From the human T2T-CHM13v2.0 reference genome, Homo sapiens: 64,000 bases of DNA. The notes under the pieces were generated by a model, which saw nothing but the letters and a program-made list of their open reading frames with translations, ran no database searches and was not told the DNA's origin. The translations under genes were made by a program, and so were the position numbers. The DNA lies in NCBI RefSeq assembly GCF_009914755.1, contig NC_060936.1. One strand, written 5' to 3'. Below, in pieces: positions 54,585 through 64,000 of this stretch. The number at the start of each line of letters is the position of its first letter. The first letter of the stretch is position 1.

Positions 54585-57500
54585 CACCCTGAAAAAGGGA
54601 CTGAAGCCAGTGAGCCAAGTGGTCTAGCTCAGTGGATCCCACACCCACAGAGCCCAGCAAGCTAAGATCCACTGGCTTGAAATTCTCGCTGCTAGCACAG
54701 CAGTCTGAAGCCGAGCTGGGACACTGGAGCTTGGTGGGGGGATAGGCATCTGCCGTTACTGAGGGTTGAGTAGGCAGTTTTCCCCTCACACTGTAAACAA
54801 AGCCACAGGGAAGTTCAAACTGGGTGGAGCCCACTGCAGCTCAGTAAAGCCACTGTAGCCAGACTGCCTCTCTAGATTCCTCCTCTCTGGGCAGGGCATC
54901 TCTGAAAGAAACGCAGCAGCCCCAGTCAGGGGCTTATAGATAACACTCCCATCTCCCAGGGACAGAACCTGGGGGAAGGGGCAGCTGTGGGCGCAGCTTC
55001 AGCAGGTTTAAATTTTCCTGCCTGCCAGCCCCAAAGAGGGAAGCAGACCTCCCAGCACAGCACTAGAGCTCTGCTAAGGGACAGACTGCCTCCTCAAGTG
55101 GGTCCCTGACCCCCATGCCTCCTGACTGGGAGACACCTCATACAAGAGAGATCCTGCTGGCATCTGGCGGGTGCCCCTCTGGGACAAGGCTTCCAGAGGA
55201 AGGAACAGGCAGCAATCTTTGCTGTTTTGCAGCCTCCACTGGTGATACCCAGGCAAACAGGGTCTGGAGGGGACCTCAGCAAACCCCAGCAGACTTGCAG
55301 CTGAGGGGCCTGTTAGAAGGAAAACTAGTAAACAGAAAGGAATAGCATCAACATCAACAAAAAGGACATCCACACAGAAACCCCATCCAAAGGTCACCAG
55401 TATCAAAGATCAAAGATAGATAAATCCATAAAGATGAGGAAAAACCAGTGCAAAAAGGCTGAAAATTCCAAAAAACAGGATGCCTCTTCTCCTCCAAAGG
55501 ATCACAACTCCTCGACAGCAAAGGAACAAAACTGGACAGAGAATGAGTTTGACGAATTGACAGAAGTAGGCTTCAGAAGGTGGGTAATAACAAACTCCTC
55601 CGAGCAAAAAGAGCATGTTCTAATGCAATGCAAGGAAGCTAAGAACCTTGAAAAAAGGTTAGAGAAATTGCTAACTAGAATAACCAGTTTAAAGAAGAAC
55701 ATAAATGACCTGATGGAGCTGAAAAATGCAGCATGAGAACTTCGTGAAGCATACACACGTATCAATAGCCAAATCGATCAAGCGATAGAAAGGGTATCAG
55801 AAATTGAAGCTCAACTTAATGAAATAAAGCATGAAGACAAGCTTAGGGAAAAAAGAATGAAAAGGAATGAACAAAGCCTCCAAGAAATATAGGACTATGT
55901 GAAAAGACCAAACCTACGTTTGATTGGTGTACTTGAAAGTGACAGGGAGAATGGAACCAAATTTGAAAAGACTCTTCAGTTTACTATCCAGGAGAACTTC
56001 CCCAACCTAGCAAGATAGGCCAACATCCAAACTCAGGAAATAGAGACAACACCATGAAGATATTCTTCGGGAAGAGAGCAACCCCAAGGCACTTAATTGT
56101 CAGATTCACCAAGGTTGAAATGAAGGAAAAAATGTTAAGGGTAGCCAGAGAGAAAGGTTGGGTTACCCACAAAGGGAAGCCCATCAGACTAACAGCTGAT
56201 CTCTCTGCAGAAACCCTGCAAGCCATAAGAGAGTGGGGGCCAACATTCAACATTCTTAAATAAAAGAATTTTCAACCCAGAATTTCATATCCAGCCAAAC
56301 TAAGCTTCATAAGTGAAGGAGAAATAAAACTCTTTACAAACAAGCAAATGCCGAGAGATTTTGTCACCACCAGGCCTGCCTTACAAGATCTCCTGAAGGA
56401 AGCACTAATCATGGCAGGAAAAAAACAGTACCAGCCACTGCAAAAATATACCAAATTGTAAAGACCATCAACACTGTGAAGAAACAGCATCAACCAACAG
56501 GCAAAATAAACAGCTAGCATCATAATGACAGGATCAAATTCACACATAACAATATTAACCTTAAAGGTAAATGGGCTAAATGCCCCAATTAAAAGACACA
56601 GACTGGCAAATTAGATAAAGAGTCAAGACCCATTGATGCGCTGTATTCAGGAGTCCCACCTCTCGTGCAAAAACACACATAGGCTCAAAATAAAGGTCTG
56701 GAGGAATATTTACCAAGCAAATGGAAAGCTAAAAAAAAAAAAGGCAGGGGTTGTAATCCTAGCCTCTGATTAAAACAGACTTTAAACCAGCAAAGATAAA
56801 AAAAGACAAAGAAGAGCATTACATAATGGTAAATGGATTCAATGCAACGAGAGGAGCTAACTATCCTAAATACATATGCACCCAATAAAGGAGCACCCAG
56901 ATTCATAAAGCAAGTTCTTAGAGACCTACAAAGAGACTTAGACTCTCACAAAATAATAGTGGGAGATTTTAACACCCCACTGTCAATATTAGGCAGATCA
57001 ATGAGACAGAAAATTAACAAGGATATCCAGGAATTGAACTCAGCTCTGGACCAAGCAGACCTAATAAACATCTACAGAACTCTCCATTCCAAATCAACAG
57101 AATATACATTCTTCTCAGCACCACATTGCACTTATTCTAAAATTGACCACATATTTGGAAGTAAAACACTCCTCAGCAAATGCAAAAGAATGGCAATCAT
57201 AACAAACAGTCTCTCAGACCACAGTGCAATCAAATTGGAACTCAGGATTAAGAAACTCACTCAAAACTGCACAACTACGTGGATACTGAACAACCTGCTC
57301 CTGAATGACTACTGGGTAAATATATGAAAATCAATAAGCATAATCAATCACATAAAGAGAACCAATGACAAAATCCACATGATTGTCTCAATAGATGCAG
57401 AAAAGGCCTTCGATAAAATTCAACATCACTTCATGCTAAAAACTCTCAATAAACTAGGTATTGATGGAATGTATCTCAAAATAATAAGAGATATTTATGA

Positions 57501-60184
57501 CAAACCCACAGCCAATATCATACTGAATGAGCAAAAGCTGGGAGCATTCCGTTTGGCACAAAATAAGGATGCCCTCTCTCACCACTCCTATTCAACATAG
57601 TATTGGAAGTTCTGACCAGGGCAATCAGGCAAGAGAAAGAAATAAATCATATTCAAATAGGAAGAGAGGAAGTCAAATTGTCCCTGTTTGCAGATGACAT
57701 GATTGTATATTTAGAAAACCCCATTGTCTCAGCCCAAAATCTCCTTAGGCTGATAAGCAACTTCAGCAAAGTCTCAGGATACAAAATCAATGTGCAAAAA
57801 TCACAGGCATTCCTATACGCCAATAATAGACAAACAGAGAGCCAAATCATGAGTGAAGTCCCATTCACAATTGCTACAAAGAGAATAAAATACCTAGGAA
57901 TACAACTTACAAGGGACGTGAAAGACCCCTTCAAGGAGAACTACAAACCACTACACAAGGAAATAAGAGAAGATACAAACAATTGGAAAAACATTCCATG
58001 CTCATGGATAGGAAGAATCAATATCATGAAAATGGCCATACTGCCCAAAGTAATTTATAGATTCAATGCTATCCCCATCAAGCTACCATTGACTTTCTTC
58101 ACAGAATTAGAAAAAAACTACTTTAAATTTCATATGGAACCAAAAAAGAGCCTGTGTAGCAAAGGCTGTCCTAAGCAAAAAGATCAAAGCTGGAGGCATC
58201 ATGCTACCTGACTTCAAACTATACTACAAGGCTACAGTAACCAAAACAGCATGGTACTGGTACCAAAACAGATATATAGACCAATGGAATAGAACAGAGG
58301 CCTCAGAAATAATGCTACACATCTACAACCATCTGATCTTTGACAAACCTGAAAAAAACAAGCAATGGGAAAAGGATTCCCTATTTAATAAATGTTGTTG
58401 GGAAAACTGGCTAGCCATATGCAGAAAACTGAAACTGGAACCCTTTTTTACACCTTATACAAAAATTAACTCAAGATGGATTAAGACTTAAACGTAAGAC
58501 CTATAACCATAGAAACTCTAGAAGAAAACCTAGGCAATACCACTTGGGACATAGGCATGGGCAAAGACTTCAGGACTAACACACCAAAAGCAATGGCAAC
58601 AAAAGCCAAAATTGACAAATGAGATCTAATTAAACTAAAGAGCTTCTGCACAGCAAAAGAAACTATCATTAGAGTGAACAGGCAACCTGCAGAATCTGAG
58701 AAAATTTTTGCAATCTCTTCTTTCGACAAAGGGTTAATATCCAGACTCTAAAAGGAACTTAAACAAATTTACAAGAAAAATCAAACAACCCCAACAAAAA
58801 GTGGGCAAAGGATATGAACAGACACTTCTCAAAAGAAGACATTTATGTGGCCAACAAACATGAAAAAAGCTCATCATCACTGGTCATTAGAGAAATGCAG
58901 ATCAAAACCACAATGAGATACCATCTCGCACCAGTTAGAATGGCGATCATTAAAAAGTCAGGGAACAACAGATGCTGGAGAGGATGTGGAGAAACAGGAA
59001 CGCTTTTACACTGTTGGTGGGAATGTAAATTAGTTCAACCATTGTGGAAGACAGTGTGGTGATTCCTCAAGGATCTAGAACCAGAAATACCATTTGACCA
59101 AGCAATCCCATTAGTAGGTATATACCCAAAGGATTATAAATCATTGTACTATGAAGACACATGCACATGTATGTTTATTGCAGCACTCTTCACAATAGCA
59201 AAGACTTGGAAACAACCCACATGTCCATCAATGATAGACGGGATTAAGAAAATGTAGCACATATATACCATGGAATACTATGCAGCCATAAAAAGGATGA
59301 GTTCATGTCCTTTGCAGAGACATGGATGAAGCTGGAAACCATCATTCTCAGAAAACTAACACAAGAACAGAAAACCAAACACTGCATGTTCTCACTCAAA
59401 AGTGGGAATTGAACAATGAGAACACATGGACATAGGGAGGGGAACACCACATACCAGTGCCTGTCAGGGTGTCGGGGGCTAGGGGAGGGATAGCATTAGA
59501 AGAAATACCTAATGTAGATGATGGGTTGATGGGTGCAGCAAACAACCCATGGCACGTGTATACCTATGTAACAAACCTGCACATTCTGCACATGTATCCC
59601 AGAAATTAAAGTATAATAAAAAAATAAATTTAAAAAAATTATTCATTGGCAATACTAGCATGGAATGTGACAGACTATCTCTTGGGTGCATTTTGTCGCA
59701 GACATTACTTTTAGATGAAAATCCCAACACTCTTAGTTATCCTAATTTTAAAGCATAGGCTTGGGTCGAAGCCTTTGTGTGTTAAATCTAGTAAAGTTAG
59801 ACCTCTGTCATGACGATCAAGGTGTCATAGTGGTTCTGGTAATAGTAATAGTTTTTTTTTAATAGTAGATTCACAAATTCGAACATTGATCTAACTAAAT
59901 CTTTTGTATGATAATCATATATGGAGTCTAGGGATCCAAAACTGTGGTGTTAATAACTCCACATTCTCCGCAGTTTTTTAGGGTAGCAGGCTTCACACAT
60001 TTTCTAATTTTTCATACATTTTTAAATGTCTTTTCAACAAATCCTTTTATTGTTTTTCATGTTTGACTAACAGAGGACCATTGGTACACCTTTATTCCTC
60101 TTTCTCAAACACATTTACCTAATATTTCATAGTTTTAAAGTTCACCATGCTTGGTGGTTATTCATTTATGAGGTGTTTAAAAAA

Positions 60185-61180
60185 GACAATGCAAAGATAT
60201 AGATCTGGACCCAGAATAGCCAACGCAAGACCCCCCTCCCCTAGAAAAAAAATGGAAAAAAATGGGAGGACTCACACTAACCTATTTTCTTTTTTGAGAC
60301 TGAGTCTTGCTCTGTTGCCCAGGCTGGAGTGCAGTGGCATGATCTTGGCTCACTGCAACCTCTGACTCCTGGGTTCAAGTGATTCTCCTGCCTTAGCCTC
60401 CTGAATAGCTGGGACTACAGGTGTGTGTCACCACGCTTGGCTAATTTTTGTATTTTTAGTAGAGGCAGGGTTTTACCACATTGGTCAGGCTAATCTTGAG
60501 CTCCTGACCTCAGATAATCCGCCTGCCTCGGGCTCCCAAAGCGTTGGGATTACAGGCGTGAGCCACTGCACCCAGCTGACACTGCCCTATTTTAATACCT
60601 ACTCTAATGCTGCAATAATCAAGCAGCATGTATTGGTGAAAGAATAGACACATAGATCAGTGAAATAGCATATATTAATAGAATCAGGAAATATATTGGC
60701 ACAAATATAGTAAAATGATTTTTGATAAAAACGCAAAGTCAATTCAATGGAGAAAGAATAGTCTTTTCACAAATAGTGCTGGAATAATCAGGCAACCATA
60801 TGCAAAAAGAAAAAAAAGTGAACCTAGGCACAGACCTTACTCATTACACATAAGTTAACTTAAAATAGATTATAGACCTACAAAATAAAAATTTATGAAG
60901 CTTGAAGAAGAAAACATATGAGAAAATCTACATGATTTTGAGTTTGGTGATGAGGTTTTAGATACAATACCAAAAGCATGATTTGTAAAAGAAAAACTTT
61001 GATACATTAGGTTAATACAATTAAAGACCTTTGCTTTGCAAAAAAACACTGTTAAGAAAATGAAAAACGAGTCATCAACTAGGAAAAAATATTTACAGAT
61101 TACATATAAGGTAAAGAATTTGTATCTAAAATGCACAAAGAACTCTTAAAACTCAACAATAGGAAAACAAAGAAACCAAT
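60185..61180 (+). mobile_element. Old L1M ORF2 fragment with a minus-strand AluS (~60285-60577)
   Basis: CAATTCAATGGAGAAAGAATAGTCTTTTC and related L1 ORF2 3' motifs. Confidence 0.75.
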
Positions 61181-61189
61181 TTGATGATT

Positions 61190-61282
61190 GGAGAGATATT
61201 AGTGAAAATGGCAGAAAAGGGAACTCCAAAAGTCCATCATTCCACAAAAGCAATGAATAAGCTGACAAAAACTGTCAGAATT

Positions 61283-61314
<32 letters not shown>

Positions 61315-63570
61315 CTGTGTGTGTGTTGCGAGGGTGGGGGTGGAGATTATGGAATCTAATTAAAGATTACAAGAAAGGCGACCATTAATAAATTATACAC
61401 AGCTTGGTACAATTTTCCTTGGAACCATTGGTATCATTTCTCACTCCCCAGCATGGCAGTGACCTTTAAGAACCACAGCCCTTATTCCTGGTATATATTG
61501 CTGGTACCTGAAAGAGCAATATAGGTGTTATTCTCAAAGAATAGTGGCTGTTAGTTTTGACCTGTCTGGTGGCTTCCTAAATACCAGCTCAGAGCTTTGC
61601 ATTTATTTTGCCTAACTTATAATGCAAATGTATTTGCTGCTGCCACCTGGAGCAAGGAATAATAGTTGGGATGAACAACAGAGAAGCTAAAAAGCCTGGA
61701 AGGCAAGAGTAGAGAAGAGATGCTTTGTGGAATAAAGACCTTGATAAATTCCTGCATATTATGGGGAATCTAGAAGGCATATGTTGCCCAGTGCTGGGTG
61801 CATTTTATGAAATACCTCAGGAGGCCTTATGTCTTCATCTCTATCTGACCCTCAGAGTCCACACAAACAGCAAGGGAAGGCTAAGGTAGAGTTGTAAACT
61901 GCTTGGCTCATTGCCCTAACCCACACAGGGAGTGTTGGCAAAGACAGGGAGAGTTTTGTCGTTGCTGTTCCATGTGTTTAAAAAAATCTCTATCAAATCA
62001 CTAGCTGACCACTAAGTTAATGAAACAGAGACTTCAGTGGCTACATATGACAAAGGACACAGACTTTAGAAAATTAGTTTGGAAAGCCATTAATCGAATA
62101 AACAAGCAATAACTATGTAAACCAAAAATAAAATTCTAAGGCCCTCTGACCATCTAAAAGGACCCCTCCTCTCAGCCAAGGGCATTCCAAAGTTAACCTA
62201 AAAAACTAATTCAGGCCATTATGGGAAGGGGGATTAGATGTGCCTCATTATACCCTCCTCCCTTTCAGAATTCAGGAAAAACCAACCAGCGTTAACATCA
62301 ACCTAGACCTTAAGTCTGAGAAGAAACATTTGCAATCTATTCTTTCAGAAGCCTACTACCTGGAAGCTTCATCTGCATGATAAAACTTTGATCTTAACAA
62401 CTCCTTATTGTCATATCATTATTTTCTGTTGATTTCAGGTCTTTAGATAATAACTTAACTCTTTCAACCAATTACCAATCAGAAAAATTTTAAATCTATG
62501 TATAACTTGAATGCCTCTGCTTCAAGTTGTCCTGCCTTTCCAGATTGAACCAATATGCATCTTATAGGTATTCACTGATGTATTATGTCTCCCTAAAATG
62601 TATAAAAGCAAGCTGTATCACAACCACCTTGAGCACATGTCATCAGGACCTTCCAAGGCTGTGTCATGGGCACATCCTTAACTCTGGCAAAATAAACTTT
62701 CCAAATTGATTTGGACCTGTCTCAGATACTTTTGAGTTCACAGCTACAACAAGCAGCAGTAAGAAACCTTTTGAGGGAGGAGAATGTTATAATATTGCTA
62801 CATTTTAGATTTTGAAATGTCTAGTTTCAACACAACATTACAAAGCAGGCAAAGAAACAATAAGGTATGGCCCATACATAAGAAGAAAAAAAATAATAGA
62901 AATTGTCTCTGAGGAAGCTCAGCCATTGGACTTATTAGACTTTAATTCAAGTAATTTAAGTGTGCTCAAAGTGCTTAAGGAAAAAATATATACAGAACAA
63001 AAATAAACCACAAGAAAAATGCCTCATCAAAGAACATCAAAGAGTAAGAAATTTAATTATTTTTTTCTTTCTCGGGGTCTTGATCTGTTGCCCAGGCTGA
63101 ACTGCAAGTGGTGTTATCATAGCTCATTGCAGCCTCAAACTCCTGGACTCAAGCAATCCTCCAGCCTCAGCCTCTTATGGAGCTGGGACTACAGGTGCAT
63201 GCTACTGCACGCAGCTAATTTTTCATTTTTTGTAGAGATGAGTTCTCTCTATGTTGTCAAGGCTGGCCTTGAACTCCTGAACTCAAGCAATTATCCTGCT
63301 TTGACCTCCCAGCATGTTGGGATTGCTATTATGAGCCCCTGTACCTAGCCAAAGAGTAAGAGATTATAGAAAGGTATCAAATAGAAATTCTGAAGTTTAA
63401 AAGTACAATAACTGAAATGAAGCATTCACTGAGGAGTTCAACAGCAGATTTGAGTGTGCAGAAGAAAGGATCCCTGAACTTGAAGATAGGCCCATTGATA
63501 TTATCCAGTGTGAGTAGAAGAAAGAAAAATGAATGATGAAAAAATAAACAGAGGTAAAGATACTTCTGAG
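61190..63570 (+). mobile_element. Old L1M 5' region and ORF1 start, interrupted by (TG)n (61286-61326), a MER4 LTR and an AluJ (minus, ~63055-63350)
   Basis: AAAATGGCAG-type 5' start; ORF1 coiled-coil-like ATAGAAATTCTGAAGTTTAAAAGTACAATAACTGAAATG; Alu TSD AAAGAGTAAGA. Confidence 0.65.
62116..62742 (+). mobile_element. MER4-family ERV1 solo LTR
   Basis: TGTAAACCAAAAATAAAATTCTAAG start, AATAAAC signal, GTTCACA end; 4-bp flanks ACTA/GCTA. Confidence 0.85.
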
Positions 63571-64000
63571 TCACCATCAAACATCTAGGATTAAGGCAGA
63601 GACAGGACCATGAGAAGAAGTAATACATGCGCTTTGTTGGGCAGTGCTTAGATAGGGCTGCATGAAAGATGTTCCTCCCAAGAAGAAATCTTCAAGACAA
63701 CATCATGAACCCACCGCCTAGAAAGGAAACAGGACAAGAGCACTCCCAGGGAAGAAGTGAAAATAGGAGAAGGGGCTTAGATGTCTAGGTGATGTTGCTA
63801 AGTAGCAATGTGGGAAGTCAGAGAGCTTCAAAAAGTAGCAGTGGGTTTGTTTGTTTGTTTTTAAAAATAGTTATAGGGTTTGTCTTACCTATGGTTAAAA
63901 AATATTGAGAGCAGTTTCAGAGGATGTGTAAAGTGAGTAGGTTGTAAATGGCTAAAAATTGTTTAGACTATATCCAAAGGAACTGGATGTGTGAGAATTT

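Larger units (their letters stand above)
48995..59632 (+). mobile_element. L1PA7-like LINE-1 with both termini; 5' UTR interrupted by HERV-H; ORF1 ~55434-56461 and ORF2 ~56525-59412, both disrupted
   Basis: 5' UTR CAAGATGGCTGAATAGGAACAGCTC; ORF1 MRKNQCKKAENSK; RT motif [12 protein letters not shown]; 3' UTR and A tail; TSD AAAAA(T/A)TTATTCATTGG at 48978-48994 and 59633-59649. Confidence 0.93.

Noticed and set aside
55434-59412. Active LINE-1 coding capacity
   Set aside because: Multiple stops and frameshifts in ORF1 and ORF2, plus a large ORF2 deletion

Overview
Hominoid (most likely human) genomic DNA: it carries SVA, young AluY, LTR12 and HERV-H elements. No intact protein-coding sequence is visible. 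A CpG-island promoter at ~7.3-9.7 kb drives a minus-strand gene. Its non-coding first exon ends at a splice donor at 7900, and its first intron fills the left of the window. From memory the exon resembles PUM2 exon 1, but this is not verified. The remaining ~54 kb is a dense, nested field of mobile elements: MER85 (piggyBac MITE) split by AluY, a full SVA_A-like element, an ERVL remnant, an RPL13A processed pseudogene, a full-length L1PB carrying a solo LTR12C inside an older L1M, and an L1PA7 whose 5' UTR holds a 5'-deleted HERV-H provirus. That provirus in turn holds an inverted second LTR7 and an AluYi6-like element. I found no convincing new protein-based system. The best leads are regulatory and mutational: the back-to-back LTR7 pair, a possible L1-promoter/HERV-H chimeric unit, recurrent CCAAT>CCAGT changes in the LTR12C, and a microhomology-templated local insertion. 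Subfamily calls are by eye from remembered consensus sequences. Boundaries without a stated TSD are approximate.
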